Source of the DNA: the human T2T-CHM13v2.0 reference genome, Homo sapiens
DNA: 64,000 nt
NCBI RefSeq assembly: GCF_009914755.1
Contig: NC_060927.1
Strand: one strand, 5' to 3'
Below, one piece after another: positions 19,536 through 33,810 of this stretch. The position numbers and the translations under genes are program-made. A model generated the notes under the pieces. The model searched no databases. It was not told the origin of the DNA and worked only from the letters and a program-made list of their open reading frames with translations. How positions within the stretch are numbered: position 1 is the stretch's first letter; every line of letters starts with the position of its first letter.

Positions 19536-20946
19536 TTTAATTTATTTATTATTATTTCAATAGTTCTTGAAGAATTTGTGGTGTTTGGTAACATGGATAA
19601 ATTATTTAAGTGTTATTTCTGAGATTTTGGTGAACCCATCACCTAAGATATGTACACTACACCCTCTGTGCAGTCTTTTATTCCTCACCCGCCTCCCACC
19701 CTTCCCCCAAAGTCTCCAGAGTCCATTACATGTTTCTTATGGCTTTGCATTGTCATAACCTAGCTCCAAGTCACATGTAGAAGAATGAAGCTGGATCCTT
19801 ACCTCTCACCTCATACAAATATCAACTCAAGATGAATCAAAGACTTAAATCTAGAACCTGAAACCACACAAATTCTAGAAGATAACATCAGAAAAACTCT
19901 TCTAGACATTGGCTTACACAAAGAGTTTATTATCAAGAACCCAAAAGCAAATGAAATGAAAACAAACATAAATGGATGGGACTTAATTAAGCTAAAAAGC
20001 TTCTGCACAGCAAAACAAACACTCAGCAGAATAAACAGACAACCTAAAGAATGGAAGAAAATATTCACAAACCATGCACCTAACAAAGAACTAATATCCA
20101 GAATCTACAAGGAACTGAAACAAATCAGCAAAATAATAATGATAATAATAATAATAATCCCATCAAAGAAACTCAAATAAATCAGCAAGAAAAACAACAA
20201 CAGCAAATAATCTTATCAAAAAGTGTGCAAAAGACGTGAATGGACAATTCTCAAAAGAAGACATACATGTGGCCAACAAACACATGAAAAGATGTTCAAC
20301 ATCTGTAATTATCAAGAAACTGAAAAATAAAACCACAATGCAATGCCACCTTACTCCTGTAAGAATGACCATCATTTAAAAATCAAAAAATAATAGATGT
20401 TAGCATGGTGTGGTAAAAAGGGAATACTTTTACACTCTTGGTGGGAATGTAAAGTAGTACAATCAGTATGAAAAACAGTATGGAGATTAAACTAAAAGAA
20501 GAACTACCATTTGATCTAGCAATCCCACTACTGGGTATCTACCCAGAGGAAAAAAAATCATTATATGAAAAAGACACTTACACGCGTATGTTTATAGCAG
20601 CACAATTTGCAATGTAAAAATATGCAATGAGCATAAATGACCACCAGCCAATGAGGAAATAAAGAAAATGTGATGTATGTGTTTGTGTGTGTGTATATAT
20701 ATTTATATTTACATTATATACATCATTTATATTCCATTATATATTACATACATTGTATTATATAATACATTATATATAATCATATACATTATATATATTT
20801 ATATATATATTTCATTATATATATATAAATGGAATACTACTAGGCTATAAAAAGGAATGAAATAATCTCATTTGCAACAACCTAGATAGAGTTGGAGACT
20901 GTTATTCTACATGAAGTAACTCAGGAATGGAAGACCAAACATTGTA
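19536..20946 (-). mobile_element. L1PB with 5' inversion (3' end antisense 19536-19768; inverted ORF2 part on + strand 19769-20946)
   Basis: L1PB-type 3'UTR 'tttctgagattttggtgaacccatcacc'. + strand ORF fragment [13 protein letters not shown]. Internal (TA)-rich expansion 20670-20830. Confidence 0.88.
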
Positions 20947-21496
20947 AATAATCATTTAGACAACGGTCTTGACATACATTTGTCTACATATATATGTAGA
21001 CATATAAATGTGTAAAAGAGGAGAAATCAATGTGATTTACTAAAAGAAAGTCACTAGCTAAAAAGATGGAACAAGTAATGATGAACAAACTCAATGTAAA
21101 TAGACTATAAACATATGAAAGATCCTAACAGTACATCAACATCATATAAATATAAATAATGGACTGAAAGTATTATTTCTAATAAAGAATAAGACTTAAT
21201 AAAACTTTGTCAGTTTTAATCAGTTAAAATATTAACATGTTAACCCTGAAAATGCCAAATATCTGAATTAATTGAATCACATAAATGTACACTCAGAAGG
21301 ACATTTCAATCATGCTGAACTTTTACCTTTAAATATAATAAAAGCAAACAGGGCAAAAAAAGAATATAGTATATAATATAGTCCTTCTTTGTTATAGTAA
21401 TTACATGTTAATTAAATGAGAATCAGTGTAATGATCTGTATATAATCTCTGTTCTTTCTTTGTTAATCTGACGTTGACACTTGAACATATCGGTGG

Positions 21497-21917
21497 TGGT
21501 ATAGTTTGGATATTTATCCTCTCCGAATCTCATGTTGAAATTTGATCCCCAGTGCTGGAGATGGGCCTGGTGAAATGTGTTAAGGTCATGGGGCAGATTC
21601 CTCATGAATGGCTTGGTACCATTGTTGAGAGATTGAGTGAATTCTCACTCTCAGTTCCTATGACAAATGGTTGTTAAAAAGAACCTGGCACTTCCCTCCC
21701 CTGTCTCTTGATTCTCTCTTGTCACGTGATCTGCACATGCTGGCTCCCCCTCCCCTTCAGCCAGGAGTGGAAGCTTCCTGAGCCCCTCACCAGAAGCAGA
21801 TGTTCATGCCATGCTTCTGGTACAGCCTGCAGAACCATGAGCTGAATAAACCTCTTTTCCTTATAAATTGCGCATCCTTAGATATTCCTTAATAGCAACG
21901 TGAAACAAACACAAGCA
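21497..21917 (+). mobile_element. MSTB-like MaLR solo LTR
   Basis: 'tggtatagtttggata...aatctcatgttgaaatttgatcccca' through 'cagcctgcagaaccatgagctgaataaacctctttt' and terminal CA. Confidence 0.9.
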
Positions 21918-24357
21918 GTGTCAGGTCCTAAAGATGATCAAACCACCTTAGCTCACTGAAGTTAAGAGACTGAAATAGTTGCAGCAGGATCTGTTTCTGT
22001 AAAATACAACATAAGATGATTACATGTTATCTGAGTCCTTACTTAAAATCATTCTCATTAAAATTAAAAACTCTCTATGTAATATTAAAATCCTTCCATT
22101 TTTATAACCTAATTTTGGACCCATAAAATATTAAATTATACTTAAATATCCCATATTAAATACTTGGAATGACTTTAAGAGGGAATAATATTAAATTAAT
22201 ATTATTATACTATATTTTATCTTTATACTTTAATACTATAATATTGATAACATAGATTATATAATGCTTTATGATTTACAATTCTTATTTAATTACCTCA
22301 AAATCCTTGTAAAAAATAGGACCTATTTCTTTATTTTATATATAAAGAAACTGAACATTATTGGAACTGAAATAGTTTACCAAGTGAGTGCAGATTCATT
22401 TCTTCCATATTTTTGTTTCCTTCTAAGTTTTTTGTTCAATTCACTTGAGAATACTTCCTATAAGATGCTTTCCATTTCGATAATATAAGTTTATGGCAAA
22501 TGAAATTTATTATATATTAATAATTTTTCTCATAACTGTTTTGTAATGAAATTATATTTTTAATTTATAAATAATTATATTGTCAATTGCTATTTTGTTC
22601 TTTCACTCAGTGAAAGGGACATTAAAGTCCAGTCTGAATATGAATGAGAGCTTGATTTTGATCCTCAATGTAAGAATTCTGTGGCTAAAGACAATCATGT
22701 CAGGGTGAATTAAAGATTGGTTGCAGATGGTTAAGTGATATCACTCTTTCATTACTTCCATAATTGCCCATGATTCATATTCTCTTCATCAGACATTAAT
22801 AAATTGGTGAGAACCAAGTAAAGCATATTTCAAGCTGGCTATTCTGCTTCCTCTTATTCCCTGGAGTTTGACTTCCTTTATTACATAAAAAGGAGGACAT
22901 AGCCCAAGAAGGGCATATTCAAAAAGAGGATATTGGGGAAACTCAAACTCACAGTATTTGTAATCTTGTGGGTTTATTTTCTTATAATGTTTAACATGAA
23001 CAGAAATTAGAATTTTTTGAAAAAATTCATGGAATAAAGTGCCACATCATTATAAAAATACCAGGAAAAAAATCGTTTGAGTTAGGGATTAAAAAATTAG
23101 AAGTAATTTAAAAACAATGGGATTTCAAATGTCTCAGAAAATAGAATTTCATGGTTTCGGATTAGTATTTGAAAATTAAGGAGCTATATTTAGTTGCCAT
23201 GACAAAATAGTTGTGATTATCTAAAGATGAAATGAGGAAGCTTTCTAGGTTTGTTTCCTTATCTCAAAGTAAAACATCTGAATAAGGTGATCTCTAACAA
23301 TCTTCCAGTTTTACTATTTCAGTGTTATCTTTTAGATATTGACACCTTACTGCATTTATAAAAACTACCCCGAATAGTTCTTAATGGTGTGTATAACATG
23401 AGTTGACCGACCCCCACATATCTGCTTACCACCTTCCATTATGTATAATTCTCACTCTTTACTTTCATCTGTGATGAACTTTCTTAAAGACAAAATGAAT
23501 TTAAACAACCTAACACCTTCCCTGATGCCGGCCCCAAACTCATTATCCATGCCTCTCTTAGGGTAATGTATCTTTTTTTTATGATTTATTATGTTTCTTT
23601 AGGCATTAATTTATTTTCTTTCTAGACAATCGGTCTTGTTTATAAAAATTTGATTTGGGTATGGGGGCTATCTTCTGCATTAAAATCCTTTGAGGTATTA
23701 AAACGAAAATTCCTGGAACTGGTCCAGAACTACTGGACAACTTGCAATTACCTTCTCTACAATATGCTAAAGTATATTCTTACAGACACTTAGTGTTATA
23801 GATCCCCTGCTATAAGTTCTTTTACTTACTCTTGTCTTTTCCACCTCCTCTCTTATATCAATTATGACCAATACACAGACTCAGCCTGACAAATTTTCTG
23901 ATCTAATCTTGAATATGTTTTCAGATTATCAGTATCGTCTGACTGATAGGGTAGATTGCTGTCAGCCTTGTTGTTATACATTTTGCTCCCTGGGGACTAT
24001 TTTCTGAGTGCTTTCCACTGTCTCTTTATGTCTTTATTAGAATATTTTTTTTCAAAGTAGACCACCAAATGGAAACACAAATTTTTACCTGTTTAACGCT
24101 ATGGTCGAGGGTACCTTATTGCATGTTTTATCCAACAAGCTGCACTATCTTAGATTTTTGAAGATAGCCTGAATCAAGCCCAAATGAGTCACTTCCTTTT
24201 GTTTATTCAAATTGGAACTCATTTTCACCCAGTGCATAGGTCAGCCCTGTGCCTAAGATTCTTTCCTCGGAGGCCCTGTAGTTATTAAAGGTATGGGATT
24301 TTGCCTCTTCCTGTATACACTAAGACTCTGTGAATAGAAAGTCTGTATTTTTGGTGG

Positions 24358-24359
<2 letters not shown>

Positions 24360-24397
<38 letters not shown>

Positions 24398-24402
24398 ATG
24401 TG
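24360..24402. repeat. (TG)n microsatellite
   Basis: Direct read. Confidence 0.95.
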
Positions 24403-27400
24403 GGGGTAGGAGAGAGAATTTCCGTCTTCACTGTATAGGGGCATTTGAGGCAACATTGCCCGTGCTCAAAACAGTTTGTTTGTTTTTTTTTTCCACCTAT
24501 CTCCCCGTATACCTAGATAGGGTGAAACAGATGCTCATTAATTCTTAAAATTTCTTCAAAATATATAATATACACTTTCAGATTAGTGAGATTAAGACAC
24601 ATGGTAGTTACATCGTTTGCAATGTTCCCAAAATCAATCAATAGATCAACAGCACTGTGTGCAAGGAAGACAGTCAAGCCGGAAGATTTTTTACCCAAAG
24701 CCTGAATAGGAAACGCTCCTTCTCAAGTTGCCATTGGTTTTCATAATCTAAGCAAACAAATGGTATTGTTGCACAATGTCAGTAGCCCACATTCTATTCC
24801 TTGTTTTGCTTTTAACAGACTGTGAAAAGACCAACAGCTGTTACTGAGCTAAGAAGAACTGAAAGATTCACAGTAGGTGGTACCACCTGTGCTTTTCTTG
24901 TTCCACCCTTTAAAATCTGTCACTTTATTTTGGAGCTGGGTGGAGAAAATAGCAGTGACTCAATGTCAGGGGGGATGAGTAGTCAACTGTGGCTCAATTC
25001 TGATGTGAAGGACTTCACAAATCACAGCAATGTGTGTTGATGAAGCTCTTCTCTTGCTTTTGCTTTATTTGAATTATTTAGAAAAGAACATAAATAAAAA
25101 GCAAACTTGAAATCAACTGACTTAACTTTAAAAGTGAATGAAAAAATTTACAACCCAGATTTAATGCAAGATTCTGTATATACGCAATTAATGGTCTCTC
25201 CCATATTGTGCTTAGTTTCGGTTTCTTTACCTTAAGGACTAGAAAAATACATTTGCCAAATAACTATATACTTGATCCTGGTAGTAGAGGAATTTCAAAT
25301 TTAAGCAACTACTTGATGAAACATGCCTTAAACTTCCAAGTAAAGTATCCAAGGGATTACAGAAATAGAGAATTGTATCATTTGGGGACAAAAGTAGTTT
25401 TGAAATGTGATAGCTTGAGTTACCTACCACTGATATATAAAATTTCCCCTAAATGCTAAGTTTTAAAATGTTATATATAGAATGACTTAAACCATATAAC
25501 AAAAAGTAAATCTTTTAAAATAAGCAAATACATAGAGTGCCTCAATTAAATCAGGGACTCCCTACTTAAACATGAGGCAGTATTTCTTCACCTTGCCATT
25601 CTAAACTAATTAATATTATAGAAATCCAAGTGGAATTTCGTTGTGCAATGAAGAAAGTTGCCAGGTGATAACCTCCTCTCATTGTTTTTATTGCTTTTCA
25701 CACCTCCCATAGTTAATATAGAAATTTGCTCAAGACTAGACATGAAAGAGACCTGACCCCCAAGGATCTAGAAAAACCCATATTCTTCAATGATTTTCAT
25801 TTATTAATGAAGATTGTAAGTTTTTGAAGGCTCAAAATAGCAAGACAGAATAAAAACTTTGAGACAAAGGACTCAAGGCAGTATGACAGGAACTTTTGTA
25901 TCTATTGGAACCAAAGCGCATAAAGGTGATCCAGTCATTTCTGCACATTATGCTCATACCTTGCTCCAGTATTGTTTATTTTCTAAAGAAAAATTCCTCA
26001 ATAAACTGTTTGGCAATATGGCATGTTTCAACTCCATCTAATTTTAACAATAGCTTCTGAAGCAAAGAAGGAAAATAAATACTCTAGGGCAAAAATATAT
26101 GGTATGCATTTCAAGTATAACTTGAGAGTAATTTCCTTCAGATGAGTTAGTCTAAGAATTTAGCCAAGAAATAATCATGGTTTTTAATTGTCACTTTGGG
26201 AAACATATTTGAACCCACCTGAACATGTTAAATCTAGGTTTCCTATATAACATTAATGATAGGTTTTATTTGTAATCATAGAATCATCAGACATTAATTC
26301 AGAGAGTCACCCAAATGTAATCAGTCTAAGTTGTTATTGTTTTTGTTCCATCTCAAATTTCCCTATTAGTTGTCCTTTGGCACCTTTTCTATACTATTAA
26401 TACATTGAGAAATTTTATTAATAAATATTATATACAGATAGTTCTTACTCTGAGCACATTCTTATTGATGGAGTATTTACTAAAATGTTTTGTTTTGCTT
26501 TCCAATCCAGTGACATACCTTTTTCTCCATATGTTGGCAATAGTACTATCCTACACATTGAAATCGTACACAATGATTACCACATTCGATGTTGGTAGTG
26601 CTACAATAAATATGTCTAGATAGCTATAAAATCTCTTTCTCTTATCAGTGTTTTTCATGTCTAGGGCATAGTCACTGATGTTGGTGGCTCAGTACTTAGA
26701 TTCAGAGTGTGAAGTTTAGTGGTTTTTGTGACAAGTGGCTGACTGTCACACTGACAGCTAAGACCCATCACTTGGAATAGGGAACATCTCCCCTAAGGCT
26801 GCATAGTCAGGGTCATTCACCAGAAGCCACCACTTACCAAGAATTACCCAATGGAAAGAATAGATTTCCCAAGTGATTTCTTTTTCGACAAAGAATGTCA
26901 GGTTTTCTTTTACTCTTCCACAATTACTTCTGCTGACTTGAAGAACATACAGGAAGTAGACTGATATATAGAGCAGTTTCCATCAGATAACTCACCTCTG
27001 CAAAATGAGAAGGGAGCTGATAGCAAGATGCAGACTCATGAAAGATACTCTAGTGAAAATCAATATTGAATTTGAAAAGTGGATAAATGAAGTCTCTAAC
27101 TCTGTATTTAACATAAGGCATTTCCCAAAGGAAAAATATTTTGAAAAAGTAAGTCACAAAATTTGTGCTACCAAAAGAGATGAGGGAGAAAGAAGGCAAA
27201 GAACTTAAACAGGGGGGTCTCTACTTTACATTTGAAGAGGCTACAAATGAGAAATATATTCTGCCCAAGGACCATAAGAAAATGTAGGCAAATATCTTGG
27301 ATTGCATCTCCGTCCTCTTGGACTCTTGTCCAAATTTCTCTTTTCAGTAGGCCAGACTACATCAAATTTTAATAATTGATGACTGACAAGTTAAATTTCA

Positions 27401-27859
27401 GACAGTGAAATTACATCAAAGTACTTGGCTTGTCTAGGATGGGAAAATGATAAGGCCATTAATTCTAAAGTGAAACCACTTAGCATTTCACAAATTATAT
27501 TTGTGATGCGAATGTCTAGTTGACAAGAATTATGCCTAAGGACAGAGAGATCATACAATTTTATCTAGGAACAAGTAGGTAGATGTACTACTGTATCTAC
27601 TTAGCACGAAACCTATCTACTTTATAGTCAATTGATTATTTATTTATTTCCTTATTTAATTGGCACATTCTAATAGGAAATATTCGTGAGGTAAATTTGA
27701 TGTTTCAATGTATGTATGAATGTTGAAAATGATCAAATAAAACTTATGTACTTCATAAATGTATTTCATTGCTTTATAGTAGTTCATCCAATAATATGTA
27801 TTTATATTGAGTACAAACTGTGATCAGTATTTTTTAGCATTGTGAAAGTTTCCAAACAT

Positions 27860-28715
27860 GGCTGCAGTTGATACCATTTGCTTTTCCCAATAACATATCA
27901 AGCCTATTTTTCTCCCCTTGAATCTGGGCTCGTTTTCTGGTTTGCTACCATAGATGCAGAAATGCTCAGCTCACATTCCCCTTCAAGCAAGAACTTACTA
28001 TTCAACTGTGAGGTATACAGTTAGTAGAGAGCCTATAAATGTCAGCTGCTTTGGAGTCTGCCTCAGTTGTAGAGAGCCACATCACCTAAGGTCATTTCTT
28101 TTCCAGGTTATCATGAAATCAGTTCATGAGCAAGAAACTAAATGCCAGTTCATTTTTACCTAATGGAGGACACTCGGACAGGCTAGCCTTTCTCCAGAGC
28201 TCATTACCAGGTTGTCTGAGACTTTCGCACCTGCATTACTGATCAACTTTTTCTTTTGCACAATGTTGTTTCCTCTCTTTTCCTTTAATAGGTGTTCATT
28301 ATTAATAGGTATACCATCGTAGCATCTACTTTTGTGGAAAACGACCTGATATTTGTTTTTGTCAATCAAATGTGACATAAGTAGCAAGTATCAGTTCCGA
28401 GACTAGATGTCAAAAAGTCTTGCAAACTTCCACTGTCTCTTGGAACCCTTCCATGGCACCATATTAATGAGTCCAATACATCATGTAGAACAGAAATGAA
28501 ATATCCCAGTTGAGACCATCCAAAGCAACTGCCACCCAGACAACCCAGCAGTTGACTGTAGACACATGAGTAAACTGTTCTTAGACCAGAAGAACAGTCC
28601 AGATGAGCCCAGTCCAAATTGTCAAATAGCAGAATCAAGACCTAAATAAATGGTTGTTGATTTAAGATATCAAACTCTCGAGATAATTTTTCACATAGCA
28701 CAAGCTATCTGCTAC
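27860..28715 (+). mobile_element. MLT1 (F/G/H-like) LTR interrupted by a nested LTR
   Basis: 'ctccccttgaatctgggct' 5' part; 3' part 'gacacatgagt...cagatgagcccagtccaaattg...aataaatggttgttg...catagca'. Confidence 0.75.
27952..28350 (+). mobile_element. LTR16-like ERVL solo LTR
   Basis: 'cagctcacattccccttca', 'ctgcctcagttgtagagagccacatcacctaaggtca', 'ctccagagctc'. Confidence 0.65.
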
Positions 28716-28805
28716 CATTTTTAACATATTTAAAAATAAAATCTTGAATGTGTTTAAATGTTTACTATTTTGTTTTAATTTTTATAAAAGGACTATAATA
28801 AAATA

Positions 28806-28832
28806 TGTGTGTGTGTGTGTGTGTGTGTGTGT
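28806..28832. repeat. (TG)n microsatellite
   Basis: Direct read. Confidence 0.95.
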
Positions 28833-31034
28833 ATACAATTTAGGATGGAGTTATTTCACTCAAATTCAGACAGCCCTGTGTTTATCTCTAGGGTTGCCTA
28901 GAATTGTGGCACTGACATTTGGCCAAACTAAAGATATTAGGCTAGCCAATTGTTTATCATGCGCTGTTTCAAGTTTGAAATTCCTTTATTGCACTCGGAG
29001 CCAGTTGATTTACTGATGCTTAAACTTAGTAATCAGTAGAGAACCTGACTAAATTATGTAATCAGAAGATCATGAAACATTCCATGTGAAACTCAGCTTT
29101 CCTGAAACCAACATTCTTTATACAAATTTTGGTGATTCAATTTAGAGACAAATCATGTCCTTGTGTTTGTAACACAGACTTAAGAGAAATGCTACTGAAA
29201 GTATTTTGGGCCCCTAATTCTTGTCTGACATCTCTTTCTCCTTCTTTTGCTTTATCATATACTTTGCCTTTATTCAAAGACTTATGTACATGTGCTCTAT
29301 GGTGTCTTCTATATATTTTCAATTATATAATGCATTATACCACTTGCAGATATGTGTGCCTCTGTGTGTGTGCATATGTGCGTGTGTGTGTGTTTTTCCA
29401 GATACTCTTCAAAAATTCAGAAGAACAAGATTTACAAAATTTCTTAGAGGTTATAGATCTAAGAAAACCATATTTCCACAAAATAAAGATCAAAGTTGAA
29501 TGTGCTTTTACTTTTTGATAAGGGTCTTTGTAAGTGTGAATGTGTTTACATGGGAATGCTTTGTTTGAAATTCTGCTTCTGAACCAGGAGCAAAGAAGTC
29601 CAATTACAAAAGAAAAGGTAGAAAACAACAGCATGAAGAGCAAGGTGGCTTCCCGTCTTTGCACAGCAAAAAAGTTAGCTTTCAAATATAAAGACTAAAT
29701 ACATATTGTTCATAAATATACAAACAACAGAATAGATAAATGATTTCACATCCTAAGAATGACAAGTGAAAAAAAGTTACCATTTAATACAGAGAATCAA
29801 CTTCATACTTGGGGACAATGGAACACAACTAAATAATATCAGGGCTCTGTAATAGAATATGTGTCCAAAGTAACATCTTTTAAAAACTGCATATGTTGCC
29901 TGGATATTCTATGAAAAACATTCCCTGAAACTGATGATGGTGGAAGGGTTCATGATAGATTACAAATATGTTACTAAATCTGGAAACAACTTTATTAATT
30001 TACTAGTATATGTCCCTAAACCATGAGCAGAAAAGATATTATTTTGTAAATTTTCTAGAGGAGAAAATTCCTGATATCCTTGATCATAGCACAAAATAAT
30101 TATAAAGAAAATTAGAAAGAATATATCAAGGAGTGTAGAAGAATAAAAAGGAATGGGGGTACGCCACAGTGAAGATTCTTCAGCAACTCAAGAGTGATAT
30201 TAGTGAGGGGGGAAATACTGAAGAGAAGGAATTCCAACAAATGCAGTAGTTATTAATAAGGATCATGATTTCTGCAGAAACATAGAGTTTTCATCCTTGC
30301 CAGAAACAATGTTACAACCTGAAGTGCAGAACTGAGTACAGTGATAATACTCACTGGTTTCACATATTCAACCATTCTCCGAAGTGCAAATCACTACTGG
30401 AAAGAAACTTAATTCTACTAATATTGTGTTACTATACGTTTTAATTAATAGATTAATAACATTGTTTTCTTCCTCATGAGAATTTGAACTTGGATTAATT
30501 CTAACTTTGTTGACCAGGTAAGCTAATAAGGTGTTATTTACTCTATGTTTCTAAGCAAGAATGATTACAGTGAAAACAACTACTGCTGGTAAATTTCATC
30601 TGGACTAGGAGATACAAAAATACCCTATAAGAAGCCATAGCTTCAGGCTTCCCAAGTGCGATGATCCTAGGTATATCTCTTCTGATGACTCTGGAATCTA
30701 TACGTACAGAATTGTGACAAGAGATGTTAGCTTCTTTGAAGCATGAGACATTTCCTTCATGTCAGATCCTGCACCCACCTGATGTACATCTTATCTCCTT
30801 ATACATAAGTGGCATGGGCCCTGAAACATCTCCTGCAGAAAATGAATGCCTAATGCATTTCTGCTGTTTTCTGACCTAAATCTTGCTGAGTATCCTGGTA
30901 ACAAATGAGGATTTATGAGAATCATGGAGTCTAACTGTTATTTAATTCTGTGAAGATTCCTTTGTGGGCATCACACTGTATATCTGACAGCAGAAATGTG
31001 CTAATAAGATGTTATTAGCTCTTCGCTATTTTGA

Positions 31035-31138
31035 ACTTGATTATATGTGAAGGCCCTATTTCCAAATCAGGTTACATTCACAGATACTGGGGTTTAGGAA
31101 TACAACATGTTTGAAGGGAACATAGTTCAACTCATAAT
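31035..31138 (-). mobile_element. MLT1 LTR 5' fragment
   Basis: 'ccctatttccaaatcaggttacattcacagatactggggtttagga...gggaacatagttcaactcataa'. Confidence 0.7.
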
Positions 31139-31354
31139 GGAAACACAGCCCTGAAGGGCTAAAATCATAAAGGTCAGATGGTTGCCTAGTAAATTAAATG
31201 AAGCATCCTCAAATTTTGTTTGATATTTTTTAAGTTATAAGCAGCATAAAAATAGCACATCTTTCCTTCACTACACCACAACTTTCCCCCTTCAAGGGCC
31301 AAGTGATTTCATTATATGATGAAATTCAAATAAATTTTTAAAAAATTCACTTCC

Positions 31355-31548
31355 GCCTGGCCTGGTAGAGGTATACACGTGTAGTTCCAGCTACTCTGGA
31401 GGCTGAGGCAAGAGGATCACCTCAGCCCAGAGGTTTGAGGTTATAGGGTGCTATGATCATACCTATTAATAGCCATATTAATAGCTACTGCACTCTAGCT
31501 TTGGCAACATTAAAAAAAACTACGTCTCTAAAAAAATTAAAAATAAAT
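31355..31548 (+). mobile_element. FAM (fossil Alu monomer)
   Basis: Single monomer retaining the 7SL-like 'gctatgatc...aatagc.actgcactc' segment; A-rich tail; 12-bp internal duplication (tattaatagcca/tattaatagcta). Confidence 0.8.
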
Positions 31549-33559
31549 AAATTTTAAAAATTGTAATCCCCTTTTCACACTCCAAGAACTTATCCCAATA
31601 CAATTTTAAGATACCAAATTTGGTAACATAATAGATATTAAGGAAAATATGTATAGGCAGCAGAATATTTAGAAAAGTAGGTCTGTAATATTTTTTGAAG
31701 TCTGCATGCAAGTGCAAGACAATAGTCTTTCTCATATACTCCATGAGTCATGCATCTGTTAAAGTATATTTCTGATTTATGTGTAGTTAAAAGAGATATG
31801 GAGAAATAGGATACATTCTAGTGTGTAAAAACAATAAATATCCTAAACTGTGTAAAATAGAATAAAAATGTTAAAGTCAGTTTCTCAATAAAAAATAAAC
31901 TTATAATATGGCAGATATATACTACTCATTGTTGTAACATAATCAAGTCACCATCATTATGAATTAAAATTTAGTTCTTCTCAGAGTTCTGGAGGTTACT
32001 ATTTAAAAGCCTAATTTAAATCTCTTTAGTTTTTAAGAGCTGTTAAGCAAGTCTTTCAAATTTAATGTCAATATATATTTAATCATATTTTGAGATAAAA
32101 TTGAGCCTTTGTTTTATAATATAGGTGATATTTGCCTGTTATAAATGCTGTCAGAAATGTACTCCTAGAATCTAATGCTACCTGTTATTGCTCTCCATTA
32201 TTACTTACCTTGAGGAAATTTGTAGTGCCATGTGAGTCCTCAGGAAAAATAAAATGAGCTCACTTGGCAAAGTTCCTGGGTTAATGATCTATGGGATAAT
32301 CATCCAAACACCTTAAATTAAGCAAACTATTTTAAACTAGACTTTGTTATAAATATATATATATATATTTGCAATATAAAATGTTTTATGTAATTTGTAT
32401 TTGTTTTTGTAATTTGTATTATACATGGTTTACATGTGTAATACTATTGGAAACTTAAAAATCATTAAATATTACATGATGAGTGTGCAAAAGACCTGCC
32501 TTTGTAAAGTTGCTCAGCATGTGTGACACTAAATGTTATAGGTGAGCATCCTTCAGTCAACACAAGATGGTTCCCAAAATCAAAGCCCTTATACAGATTT
32601 ATATTTATATTTTGTTAAACATATCCAGTACGTCGTATTACATTATTGCCTTGGGCACACATAAAGAATATCAAAATGGTTGGACAGCTTAAACGGCCAT
32701 TTATCTGTTTTCATATCTATAAAACTTATTTTATCCTTCCATTTCCATTTCTGAGATATTTGGGAAGTCTTTATTACAATTAACTATTGCTTAGTCTTCC
32801 CTTTGAGCTTTAAGCTAAAAGTTTTGTTGAAAGCAGGGTTAGTCATTATACCTCTCCTATATGTAGAAGACATATTATTATTCTTTGAAGGGCAACCATT
32901 AGACTCACATTAGTTCTCTTTCTGTATTTGAAAAGGAATTTGTCTATGATATCTTTTGATTAATTACCTTTTGATCCATCCAGATAGTCTTTGCACTGGT
33001 ACTCTAAAAATTCCAAAAATTCTTCTCCAGTTTTATCCATTTTTAAGGACCTTGTGAGAGCTCCCTTATTCAATAAAGGCCAGTGAGTGACAGCGCTTTC
33101 TCTTCTGGTAGAAGGAATAGTATGATTGAGTACATTTTAACTTCCTTTTTTCAGACGTTCCAAGAAGTTTTACCTCTTTTAATTTCTATAGCACCCTTTA
33201 AGGATTTAAACAACTGTTAGGATTCATATGATCATGACTCTGAAGCTTAGCGAGTTTAGGTTACTTTCCAAGATCAATTGTCCATTGTTGAGCTCTCAGC
33301 CACTCATGGGTCTTTTCCTGCCTCATGAAGCTGTGCATTTTTACCATTAAGTCACTATTTCATCATGGGAATATCATCAAACCGGAGTCTTCTAACTTTC
33401 TTTATTTGTAAAATTAGTGAGACAGAGGGATGCTGCCTTGTAAAATTGCTGACATGTAGGTTGGCTATATTATCTATTATCTAAAATGAGACATTTTGAG
33501 GTAAAAGGCCATTGTTAATAATTATGCCAGGGAAACTTACATGTAATTGCTGAGCAATC

Positions 33560-33810
33560 TGATTTTTCTCAATAGACTTCTAACTGGTTTGTTCTCATGT
33601 ACTTTTGATCCAGCCTAAGCTGTTTGCCATAATTATTTGTGGCTCTCCCTTACCATAAGTAGTAAAATCCACAAGATCAATAACTTTTCCGTTTCTGCTC
33701 ACCTCTTTTTCCCCAGAACCTAGACAAATGTCTGGAAATTATCAGACAACAGGCAATTTTAAATAACTGTATAAAAGAATGATTAGATAAGTGAATGACT
33801 GTTTGGTAAA
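33560..33810 (+). mobile_element. L2 3' end fragment
   Basis: 'tgctcacc...ccccagaacctagacaaatgtctgg...gaatgattagataagtgaatga'. Confidence 0.5.

Noticed and set aside
24790-24885. Plus-strand acceptor 'ttgttttgcttttaacag' as an exon
   Set aside because: Only a weak donor follows, and there is no consistent set of plus-strand exons.
29129-29685. Cluster of overlapping ORFs
   Set aside because: Driven partly by TG repeats; no recognisable homology or splice structure.
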